Source: a virus
IMG/VR virus record: IMGVR_UViG_3300045988_111952
Length of the DNA stretch: 41,835 bases
Reading direction: 5' to 3' (one strand)
Below are positions 7,358 through 14,361 of the stretch, piece by piece. The notes beneath the pieces were generated by a model. It did no database searches, was not told where the DNA came from, and saw only the letters and a list, made by a program, of their open reading frames with translations. Made by a program: the position numbers and the translations under genes. Position 1 is the first letter of the stretch. Each line of letters starts with the position of its first letter.

Positions 7358-8045
7358 CGGCGGTCACTCCTTTTGCAAGCTGCTTTAATCGCTCCATCGC
7401 GGCTGTGGTATCAGTCTGACGGGCGGCGGTGCGCGAGGATTTTGCGCTTTCCTTCTCGGCAAGGTAGGCTTCAACGGTGCAGATTCCCTGCTGCTCACAG
7501 CGGTCAAGTATCTTGGAGATATAGCTCCACCGGCGTGCATTGTTGGCGGCGGCTTCGTCGATGGCCTGACAGATAAGCGATGCCGGAAATTTCAGCAGTG
7601 CGGTACTTATCGCGTCAGCAACCGCGCGTGGAACAGAGCCACAGTTCTGCTCATAGCGCTGGATGCAGTCTGCAAAATCTGCGTTATATTGCTCGCCTTG
7701 CGCGCACGCAGCAGCAGTAGTAGGAATATCTTTATCCTTGTTCTTGTCTTTATCTTTAGGGGGATTGGAGCGGGTTGTGGTGGGTTGTGCGGGGTTGCTT
7801 GGGGTTGATTGGGATTGCCGTTCTTTTAGCGTCTGCGATTTTTTCTCGTTTTTCTGCGTATCGCGGTCTATCTGGTCTAAAAGCATAGGAAGGATGAACC
7901 GTTCGTTGCCACTGGAGTGTCCGTCAATCGCCAAACCGTTGCTGTATTCCAGCAAGGCAGTCCATATCCGGCCTCTCTCAGCATCTCCGAAGGGTTCAAG
8001 TGCTTTTAGCCAGCTGTTGTAGCAGAAAAAGCCTTTCCTTTCCAT
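7350..8045 (-). CDS. Replisome organiser / DnaD-domain replication initiation protein
   Basis: GGAGG RBS. C-terminal stretch RRWSYISKILDRCEQQGICTVEAY is the DnaB_2/DnaD signature. Low-complexity linker in the middle. Confidence 0.8.
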   Translation of the reverse strand: MERKGFFCYNSWLKALEPFGDAERGRIWTALLEYSNGLAIDGHSSGNERFILPMLLDQIDRDTQKNEKKSQTLKERQSQSTPSNPAQPTTTRSNPPKDKDKNKDKDIPTTAAACAQGEQYNADFADCIQRYEQNCGSVPRAVADAISTALLKFPASLICQAIDEAAANNARRWSYISKILDRCEQQGICTVEAYLAEKESAKSSRTAARQTDTTAAMERLKQLAKGVTADD

Positions 8046-8048
8046 CCG

Positions 8049-8288
8049 CTACACCTCCATGTAATACTCTGCGACACGGCAAAGCCGACCATAGCGGTTG
8101 CGGCGGGTGACCATGCGGGATGCTACCGGGTAGCCTTTCCGTTTGAGGTCGGTGATGCGGGAGGCAAGGCGGGAACAGCCGTAGCCCTCGAGCGCATCCA
8201 GCGCGGTAAGGGAATCGCCGTTTTCAAGCGCGGCGAGAATCTGGTCAAGCTGGCTCGGATGCTTTCTTTCGTTCTTTCTTTCATTCAT
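8049..8288 (-). CDS. Winged-helix DNA-binding protein (HTH_39-like)
   Basis: GDSLTALDALEGYGCSRLASRITDLKRKGYPV matches the HTH_39 pattern. The internal ATG avoids overlap with ssb. Confidence 0.65.
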   Translation of the reverse strand: MNERKNERKHPSQLDQILAALENGDSLTALDALEGYGCSRLASRITDLKRKGYPVASRMVTRRNRYGRLCRVAEYYMEV

Positions 8289-8301
8289 GGCGCGCACCTC
8301 A

Positions 8302-8742
8302 CTAGAACGGCAAATCGCCGTCATCCTCAATAAGGGCATAGTCTGCATCTGGTTCACCCTGCGTACGCTGTGAGAGGGCTGCGGGGCGCTGTGCGGCGTT
8401 CTGCGGGGCATGGCTGGTACTTTCCTTACTGCCGCAGAAACTCACGTTCTGGGCCACGATTTCAACGGCGGTGCGGTTGTTGCCGTTCTTGTCCTGATAC
8501 TGGCGGGTCTGCAAGCGGCCATCAATGGCAATGAGGGCACCTTTGGGGAAGTATTTGCAGACAAATTCTGCGGTCTTGCCCCATGCGGTGACATACAGCC
8601 AGTTTGTCTGGCTCTGGCCGCTGGCATCCTTATAGCCGGAATCGTTTGCGATGCGGAAAGAGCAGACGGACTTTCCGCTGTTCGTGGTTTTGAGTTCCGG
8701 CGATGCAGCGAGTCTTCCGATAATAGCAACAACATTAAGCAT
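8302..8742 (-). CDS. ssb: Single-stranded DNA-binding protein
   Basis: OB-fold N-terminus (MLNVVAIIGRLA..PELK), Gln/Pro-rich linker, acidic tail DDGDLPF. Confidence 0.95.
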   Translation of the reverse strand: MLNVVAIIGRLAASPELKTTNSGKSVCSFRIANDSGYKDASGQSQTNWLYVTAWGKTAEFVCKYFPKGALIAIDGRLQTRQYQDKNGNNRTAVEIVAQNVSFCGSKESTSHAPQNAAQRPAALSQRTQGEPDADYALIEDDGDLPF

Positions 8743-9385
8743 AACTTTCTACCTTCTTTTTGTGATAATATGTGGTTTTATCGATGCCGGCCATTTTGCA
8801 GGCCTCAGTTACGGTAACTCCAGATTTTATAAGATTGTCAATCTCTGATAAATCAACGCTTTTGTAACGCGGGTGATTTAAACTTGTTTTCAAACGCTCT
8901 TTAGCAGCCTTTGAAATCTTACTTTTTCTTTCGTCAGAGAATTTTTTACCGGAGTTGTGAAGAATTGTGTGCGCAGACGTAGACAGCATACACAAATTCT
9001 CGATTCGGTTATCGTCCTTTTTGCCATTAATGTGATGAATGCAATAGCCTTTTGGAATTTCAACCCCGGTTTCCTTTTCAAAGATATAAATGTGTTCGAG
9101 TACCATCCCATTTTTGTCAGCGCGGTGAAAATCCGGGGCATAAATAATCTTGTAACCTTTTGCTGTATATCTCGGGGCGTGGTTAAAATCCCTTTTACGT
9201 TGACCAGCAGAACGATTGGCGCTAATGGAATGTGCAGAACGTTTTAACCCTATTTTTCTGGCTTTTTTGCAAATACCAAGGAGAGTGCGGTTCGGGAACA
9301 TCTTGACAAGTTCTTCATTTGTGTACGAGCTATAATACTTCTTTAAGTTTGTAAGCTCAGCCTCTTCCCAAGATGGGTCTTTCAT
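8735..9385 (-). CDS. HNH homing endonuclease
   Basis: HHINGKKDDNRIENL....H..H HNH motif. C-terminal HTH. GGAGG RBS. Markedly AT-richer than the flanks. Wedged between ssb and the recombination genes. Confidence 0.85.
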   Translation of the reverse strand: MKDPSWEEAELTNLKKYYSSYTNEELVKMFPNRTLLGICKKARKIGLKRSAHSISANRSAGQRKRDFNHAPRYTAKGYKIIYAPDFHRADKNGMVLEHIYIFEKETGVEIPKGYCIHHINGKKDDNRIENLCMLSTSAHTILHNSGKKFSDERKSKISKAAKERLKTSLNHPRYKSVDLSEIDNLIKSGVTVTEACKMAGIDKTTYYHKKKVESYA

Positions 9386-9388
9386 AGG

Positions 9389-9715
9389 TTAGTCCTCCAA
9401 GTAGTTAATATAGAAGCGGCGGCGAAAGTCGTCGTGATCCCAATGGTAGTAGGCTTCTGCAAGCAGTTGGCCTTGTTTGTGGTAGTGGTCTTGCAGGTCG
9501 CCGCTTGAATGAATGGCGGCGTGGCAGGCGGGGCAGACGTTAATCCAGATGCCCAGCGCCTTGCTGGCCTTGCGGCGGCTTCCGCCGTAGATTTCATGCC
9601 GGGCGGTATCACCAAAGCGGTAGCAGCGGAAACAACAAAAGGGTTCATGCTCAAACAGGGACGGCGCATAACCGTTCTTGTCCAGTTTTACACCAAATTC
9701 ATTGCGGGTCTGCAT
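9389..9715 (-). CDS. Zn-binding His-Me-finger-like protein (DUF1364/NinG-like), putative nuclease
   Basis: CFRC...HEIYGGSRRKAS....VCPACHAAIH motif. The family call is tentative. Confidence 0.65.
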   Translation of the reverse strand: MQTRNEFGVKLDKNGYAPSLFEHEPFCCFRCYRFGDTARHEIYGGSRRKASKALGIWINVCPACHAAIHSSGDLQDHYHKQGQLLAEAYYHWDHDDFRRRFYINYLED

Positions 9716-10244
9716 CGTCTGTCAGTCCTTTCAGTTTTGCGATTTCTTCCGGGGTCATGGTGGGGATGCCCTGCTGCCGGCATTCCTGCACGATCAGTTC
9801 AATGAGGCGGTGCATCTGGGTGCTATCGAACACGGACGAGCCGTACCAGCATTGCAGGTTGCAGAAGGTCCCCTGCGGGGTGGGCATGTCATCGATCTTG
9901 CGAACCTGCCAGCCCTCGCCCTTGCTCTCCCAACCGTTTTTGAATGCCTTTGCAGCATCGGCACGGATGGTGACAAGGGCGGAGCTGCCGCCGATGTCGC
10001 GGATAAAGTCGCGGTAGATGTCCATCACAGGGCGGTTGATTTTGGCGGCAAGCTGGTTCATGAGCGTCCATGCGTAAGCGTTGGCCGAGAGGCTGCGCTT
10101 TGGTGAGGCCGTGCCGATGACGGCAGCAAGGGGCTTGTTTTCGTCAATGACGGCGCGGGCTTTATCGCAGTCGGCGGGGGAACATTCCAGCGTAATTGTG
10201 TTGCCGATAACAACCGCGGTCTTGATGGCAATTTGCTGCTTCAT
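9699..10244 (-). CDS. NinB/Orf-like recombination mediator (tentative)
   Basis: RSLSANAYAWTLMNQLA and the C-terminal STQMHRLIELIVQECRQQGIP parallel lambda NinB RSLDQNRKLWACLGDVS / EFAELLELIQAFGTERGV. ATGA overlap with erf. Confidence 0.6.
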   Translation of the reverse strand: MKQQIAIKTAVVIGNTITLECSPADCDKARAVIDENKPLAAVIGTASPKRSLSANAYAWTLMNQLAAKINRPVMDIYRDFIRDIGGSSALVTIRADAAKAFKNGWESKGEGWQVRKIDDMPTPQGTFCNLQCWYGSSVFDSTQMHRLIELIVQECRQQGIPTMTPEEIAKLKGLTDDADPQ

Positions 10245-10867
10245 TTCCACGCCTCTGCAATCTGCTGGCCCTGCTTCCAATCTTCTGCGGTAAAGTCCTT
10301 AGAGGGCTTGCCGATGGTTTCTGCGATAAGTTTCCACGCATCATTTTCATCGGCGCTGTTCTTCTGGCAGTAGGCTCTGACAGCGCGCTGGCACTCTGCG
10401 CGGGCGGCAAGGCGGGCTGCGGCGGTTTCTGTTATGGTCTTATTGTCCTGCGCGTTTGCCGCTGCGGCGGTCTGGTTGTGGTATTCATCGCTGTCGGGGT
10501 CTTTGGTGTCGTCAATGCAGAACAGGCCGTTCAGCGCGTATTTGCGGGCATAGCTGGATGCAGTGCCGGTGATCTGTGCGCCGTCCATGCCTTTCTTGGT
10601 TTCATCTTCGCGGGCAAGGGCGGTGGTGCTGGCGGCGTTGCCGTCTTTATCCTGCACGGTGGCGGTTGCCTTGATGTAGTACCGGCTACCGATGAGAATG
10701 ACTTCATCCGAGACTGTCAGGGTGCAGCCATGCTTGGCGCAAAGAGGCTTTGCGGCCTCGAGAATGCTTTCTGCGTTGCGGTACTTATATTTACCGAACG
10801 AGTTGTAGAGGTTCTTGGGGGCTTTGAGTTCCACTTGAATGTGGGATAGGGTTTCATAGATGCTCAT
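10241..10867 (-). CDS. erf: ERF-family single-strand annealing protein
   Basis: NSFGKYKYRNAESILEAAKPLCAKHG and GTASSYARKYALNGLFCID are ERF hallmarks. The internal ATG at 10867 abuts the upstream stop (TAATG). Confidence 0.8.
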   Translation of the reverse strand: MSIYETLSHIQVELKAPKNLYNSFGKYKYRNAESILEAAKPLCAKHGCTLTVSDEVILIGSRYYIKATATVQDKDGNAASTTALAREDETKKGMDGAQITGTASSYARKYALNGLFCIDDTKDPDSDEYHNQTAAAANAQDNKTITETAAARLAARAECQRAVRAYCQKNSADENDAWKLIAETIGKPSKDFTAEDWKQGQQIAEAWK

Positions 10868-11205
10868 TAGATAGCTTCTCCTTCCGGGTCGGGGGTGGTG
10901 AGGTGGATGCGGTAGCACTCTGCGGGGGCGGGGGCGTCAGAATAGTGCCGCGCCGGCAGATAGGACACCATGGGGATGCCGTTCACAGAAATTTCAATCC
11001 GAAGGTCGCCTGTGACCGCGTACCGTGTCAGCTTGCCGCGCTGGATAAAGATGTAGGATTTATCTTTCAGCAGCTTTACAGCTTTGTTGAAATCGTGCTT
11101 GCTGCTGAAAAATACGCCGTTCTCGTTGACATAACCAAACCAGCGTTCTGTTTCTTTCAGCATGGCGCAAGCGTTTAACATCTTGCAAACATCAGAAAAT
11201 TTCAT
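10867..11205 (-). CDS. Hypothetical protein (112 aa)
   Basis: ORF in operon context. Confidence 0.65.
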   Translation of the reverse strand: MKFSDVCKMLNACAMLKETERWFGYVNENGVFFSSKHDFNKAVKLLKDKSYIFIQRGKLTRYAVTGDLRIEISVNGIPMVSYLPARHYSDAPAPAECYRIHLTTPDPEGEAI

Positions 11206-11380
11206 TATGTTCCTCCTGCCATTCCCATGCGTTGACCTCTACAATGCAGTTGTCGCAGCCGAGAATCTCGTTGCCCCGCTTGTACATTTGTTCGCATTCC
11301 TCGCCGCATACAGGGCAGCGGGGGCGGCGGGGCTCGTCAGGCGGGAAGGGGTTGTCTTGATGGCCCCAAAAGCTGGTCAT
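11192..11380 (-). CDS. Small zinc-ribbon protein (62 aa)
   Basis: CPVCGEEC...CDNC motif. Overlapping start and stop codons. Confidence 0.6.
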   Translation of the reverse strand: MTSFWGHQDNPFPPDEPRRPRCPVCGEECEQMYKRGNEILGCDNCIVEVNAWEWQEEHNEIF

Positions 11381-12039
11381 TCGGAGACCTCCTGATTTTC
11401 TTTTTCATCAGAAAAATGCAGCTCCATCAAGTCGGCGATCGCAAGGTACTCTTTGGCATATTTGCTGTCGCCGTGGGTTTTCTTGACGATTTCGCGGAAC
11501 TGCGCCAAATCACCATAAAAGCAACCGCACTGTACGCGGAGAATTTTATCCTTGCAGCGAAAAAATGTGGTCGCGCGGAAATATCGGCCAAAGCCTTCAA
11601 CGACGGAGTAGTCCGCGTTGCCGGTGACCCACGCGATGCCGGTGACACGCGCGTTGCCGGTGACACACGCGTTGTCGGTGACACACGCGTTGTCGGTGAC
11701 ACACGCGTTGCCGGTGACCCACGCGTTGCCGGTGACACGCGCGTTGTCGGTGACACACGCGTTGCCGGTGACCCACGCGATGCCGGTGACACGCGCGTTG
11801 TCGGTGACACGCGCGTTGTCGGTGACCCACGCGTTGCCGGTGACACGCGCGTTGTCGGTGACACACGCGTTGCCGGTGACCCACGCGTTGCCGTCTTGGG
11901 AGAGGTTATTTTCCTTCTCAACAAATCCACCGAGTTCTCCCTTCTCGACGTTGCCAAAAGCGACGAGAGCCTTAATGCGGAACAGTTTCTTCCCGAAAAC
12001 GTTCGTTACAAATTCTGCGGTCAGTTCAAATTTCTTCAT
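11377..12039 (-). CDS. Hexapeptide-repeat (left-handed beta-helix-like) phage protein of unknown function
   Basis: 15 consecutive G/D-N/I-A-x-V-T hexapeptides, flanked by the conserved-looking N-terminal KLFRIKALVAFGNVEKGELGGFVEKENNLSQ and C-terminal CGCFYGDLAQFREIV modules. Confidence 0.85.
   Translation of the reverse strand: MKKFELTAEFVTNVFGKKLFRIKALVAFGNVEKGELGGFVEKENNLSQDGNAWVTGNACVTDNARVTGNAWVTDNARVTDNARVTGIAWVTGNACVTDNARVTGNAWVTGNACVTDNACVTDNACVTGNARVTGIAWVTGNADYSVVEGFGRYFRATTFFRCKDKILRVQCGCFYGDLAQFREIVKKTHGDSKYAKEYLAIADLMELHFSDEKENQEVSE
11605..11892. repeat. About 16 imperfect 18-bp tandem repeats (gttgccggtgacmcrcgc), coding
   Basis: Read directly from the sequence. They generate open frames in several phases on both strands. 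Confidence 0.9.
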
Positions 12040-12280
12040 GGCTGGATGCCTCCTTAAAATACAGCCCGCACAACAGATTCAGCGCCAGCAGGGCGGCGAT
12101 GGTGGTGGGGATGTTGAGAGAACCGAGCGCGGCCAGCAACAGCACCAAATCTGCGGTGATTGCCAGCTTGACGGACGCGCGGGTAAGTGATAGAATACAG
12201 TTAGAGCTTTTTGCGATGCTCTGTTTTTTTGCCGTTCCGGTGGTGGTGCACCGGGGCGGCGTTTTTGTTTTTGCAATCAT
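12026..12280 (-). CDS. Small membrane protein (84 aa, C-terminal TM helices)
   Basis: ATGA overlap with the upstream gene. Hydrophobic C-terminal half. Confidence 0.55.
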   Translation of the reverse strand: MIAKTKTPPRCTTTGTAKKQSIAKSSNCILSLTRASVKLAITADLVLLLAALGSLNIPTTIAALLALNLLCGLYFKEASSHEEI

Positions 12281-12882
12281 TCTTTGATTTCCTCCCATTC
12301 AAAGCGGCCCTTGCCGCTGTTTCTCCACTGCCCAAGCCCGCGCTTTGCGCCGTAGTCGAGGCATTCACGAACCATATCCTCAAGCTTGGGGTCAAGGCAT
12401 TCGATTTCAAACTCTGCTGTTGCACCTGCGGGAACACTCTCCGACTTTACGATGCTGACGCGTTCGCCCATCGGGGTTTGCGCCCGCAGGGGGCGCTCGC
12501 AGAAATCAACCTTCATGCCGTGCAGGTCGTAGGGAATCTCGCGCGGGGTAACGAAAATCAAGCCATCGATAGCCTGTTTGTACGCCTTGATAGCTGCGCA
12601 AGCCTTGCCGCCTGCATAGCCAGCCTTGCCCGCTTTGGCAAGCATTTTGCAGCTGTCCTTGAACATACCCTTTACCTGATAGTCATACAGGAACGGCGTG
12701 CCGTCGGCAGTTTTGGGAAAGACGGTGACGCGGTCTTCTGCGTTCTGCGCCTTGATATTGTCCACTTCTTCGGCGGTGAGGTCGCCGGTGGGGGCCTTGC
12801 TGGCAATATAGGTTGCGAGAAGTTCTTCATTGCTGGGTGAAGAACCGAGAACTTCTTCCAATAGGGTGATTTTTACTTTCAT
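12277..12882 (-). CDS. Hypothetical protein (201 aa), first gene after the periodic non-coding region
   Basis: Strong RBS AAAAAGGAGA. No family recognised with confidence. See the finding on the RAMP-like features. Confidence 0.85.
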   Translation of the reverse strand: MKVKITLLEEVLGSSPSNEELLATYIASKAPTGDLTAEEVDNIKAQNAEDRVTVFPKTADGTPFLYDYQVKGMFKDSCKMLAKAGKAGYAGGKACAAIKAYKQAIDGLIFVTPREIPYDLHGMKVDFCERPLRAQTPMGERVSIVKSESVPAGATAEFEIECLDPKLEDMVRECLDYGAKRGLGQWRNSGKGRFEWEEIKE

Positions 12883-12904
12883 TGTGGTTGTCTCCTTTTT
12901 AAAT

Positions 12905-13425
12905 AAAATCGGTTGCTTTTCTGCGCCTATGCCGATCTATGCAATGCCTACGCGATGCGGTGCTCCGCCACGCCGTTGCGGTGTCATTCGTTGCGTGGCC
13001 TCGCCATTCCATTGCCAATCAGAGCAAGGCTTTTCCACTGCTAATCAAATCGGTGCCTCCGCAAAACCTTGCCGGGCTATTCCGTTGCGTTGCATCTCTA
13101 TTCACTGCATCGCCTTGCCTTCGCGTCGAATCTCAATGCTATGCCTCTGCCAAGAAATGCCAAGCCACAGCCTCGCCATGCTCCGCCTTCGCTCTGAATT
13201 GCGTTGCTATGCCTCTGCCTTGAGACGCTGTCCTGAGCTATGCCTTTGCTGTGCTGCGCTTCGCTTTGCCTTTGCCATGCAATTCAATGCCGATGCTCCG
13301 CCAAGCCTTGCCTCTGCCTTGCGCAGCTATTCCGAGCTATGCTGATGCGGGGATAGGCTGCGCTTCACACTGCAATGCCGTTGCCACGCGCTGCGGGGCA
13401 AAGCCGTTGCTGGCAGTCAGCTGAT
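12905..13425. repeat. ORF-free region of about 90 phased 5/6-nt units (plus strand GCNNY, minus strand RNNGC)
   Basis: Hand-tabulated GC-to-GC spacings are almost exclusively 5, 6, 10, 11 or 15 nt. No minus-strand ORF. The plus strand is A-poor. Confidence 0.85.
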
Positions 13426-13614
13426 AAGGCTTGCAATTTGTTCGCAGGTCATGTTGCGGATGCTGCCATAGTGCATCCATACCCAGTTGCGGGAGCGGCC
13501 GAGAATTTTTGCGACCTTGGTGGGGCCGAAAAGCATCTCACCGGGGTAAAGCTCGGCAGCGCGGGCACGGACGGTGACAAGGGTGTCACGGTAGAGGGGC
13601 TTTTCACGGGGCAT
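13417..13614 (-). CDS. Small HTH DNA-binding protein (65 aa; excisionase/CII-like position)
   Basis: AGGAG RBS before the internal ATG at 13614. PTKVAKILGRSRNWVWMHY is an HTH-like segment. Confidence 0.65.
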   Translation of the reverse strand: MPREKPLYRDTLVTVRARAAELYPGEMLFGPTKVAKILGRSRNWVWMHYGSIRNMTCEQIASLIS

Positions 13615-13619
13615 GGGGG

Positions 13620-13805
13620 TTACTCCTTTCTTAAAAGTTCGTCTACGGTGCAGCCGTAGAGCTTGGCCATAAGGACGAGCGATGCGGCGCGGGGCATGTT
13701 CTCGCCGGTTTCCCAGCGGCATACAGCCGACTGATCAACACCGAGTTCCTTTGCTACCTGCGCTTGGGAAAGACCTGCTTTCTGGCGGGCCTGTGCAAAT
13801 GCCAT
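13620..13805 (-). CDS. Cro-like XRE-family HTH regulator
   Basis: GLSQAQVAKELGVDQSAVCRWETGENMP is a classic XRE HTH. GGGAGG RBS before the ATG at 13805. First gene of the leftward operon. Confidence 0.85.
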   Translation of the reverse strand: MAFAQARQKAGLSQAQVAKELGVDQSAVCRWETGENMPRAASLVLMAKLYGCTVDELLRKE

Positions 13806-13830
13806 AAATCTCACCTCCCGATATGAAATA

Positions 13831-13845
13831 ATGAGATAATCTCAT
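13831..13845. promoter_or_regulatory. Perfect 15-bp palindrome ATGAGAT-A-ATCTCAT, putative operator
   Basis: Abuts the -35 of the rightward promoter. Further ATGAGRT half-sites lie at 13953..13959, 13984..13990 and 14019..14025. Confidence 0.5.
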
Positions 13846-13873
13846 TGACAAACAAGAGAGCCAAAGTTATAAT
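13845..13873 (+). promoter_or_regulatory. Consensus sigma-70 promoter, rightward (TTGACA-17-TATAAT)
   Basis: TTGACA at 13845..13850, 17-nt spacer, TATAAT at 13868..13873. Confidence 0.7.
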
Positions 13874-13947
13874 GAAGTTGTCAGAAATCATTGGTAAGCC
13901 GCTGAAACATGGGGCTTGGCTTTTGCTTTGCTTGTTTGTATACTATG

Positions 13948-13976
13948 ATTATATCTCATCTTCTTCATGTTTGCAA
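13948..13976 (-). promoter_or_regulatory. Near-consensus sigma-70 promoter, leftward (TTGCAA-17-TATAAT)
   Basis: On the minus strand: TTGCAA at 13976..13971, 17-nt spacer, TATAAT at 13953..13948. Faces the rightward promoter. Confidence 0.65.
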
Positions 13977-14037
13977 TAGCTAAACCTCATGTTTTTCATG
14001 TTCGGCACTATAACTAAAATGAGGTTGTGTTATCTGT

Positions 14038-14361
14038 ATGTTTTGGACGAATTTTTCTACGCTTTGCGCCGATAAGAATTTATCCCCCAATGCAGTAGCG
14101 ATGGAACTAAAAATTCCTTCTGGGTCGATAACAGCGTGGCGCAATGGAGCTACACCCCGAACCAAGTCACTCACGAAAATAGCTAATTATTTTGGTGTAA
14201 CCGTTGACTACCTTTTAAACGCAGAAAAAGAAAACCCCACCAGCGTTACCGCTGATGGGGTGGACGAACTTGATAAAGAGGCGCTGGACATCATGCACCA
14301 GCTGCCGCCGGAGAAACGGGCGGCGGGTCTGGCGATGCTGCGAGGGCTTTTAAATAATTAA
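14038..14361 (+). CDS. CI-like XRE-family repressor (107 aa, no S24 peptidase domain)
   Basis: LSPNAVAMELKIPSGSITAWRNGATPRTKSLTKIANYFGVTVDYLL is an XRE HTH. Divergent from the Cro-like gene and upstream of the integrase. Confidence 0.85.
   Translation: MFWTNFSTLCADKNLSPNAVAMELKIPSGSITAWRNGATPRTKSLTKIANYFGVTVDYLLNAEKENPTSVTADGVDELDKEALDIMHQLPPEKRAAGLAMLRGLLNN

Noticed and set aside
11597-12190. Several long ORFs in other frames and on the other strand across the 18-bp repeat array, and the idea that the array is a CRISPR
   Set aside because: These are frame echoes of the tandem repeat. Only the minus-strand 11377..12039 frame has an RBS, non-repetitive termini and operon coupling. The repeats are contiguous with no spacers, so it is not a CRISPR array.
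12830-13345. 171-aa plus-strand ORF (and the nested 94-aa ORF 12939..13223) covering the periodic region
   Set aside because: It has no RBS and overlaps the start of the minus-strand gene. The composition is Cys/Ala/Leu/Arg/Pro junk. The frame stays open only because the plus strand is A-poor, so stop codons are rare. The underlying 5/6-nt periodicity is incompatible with coding.
13980-14174. 64-aa minus-strand ORF in the switch region
   Set aside because: It lies antisense to the repressor 5' end and leader, has no RBS, and crosses the mapped promoter and operator elements.
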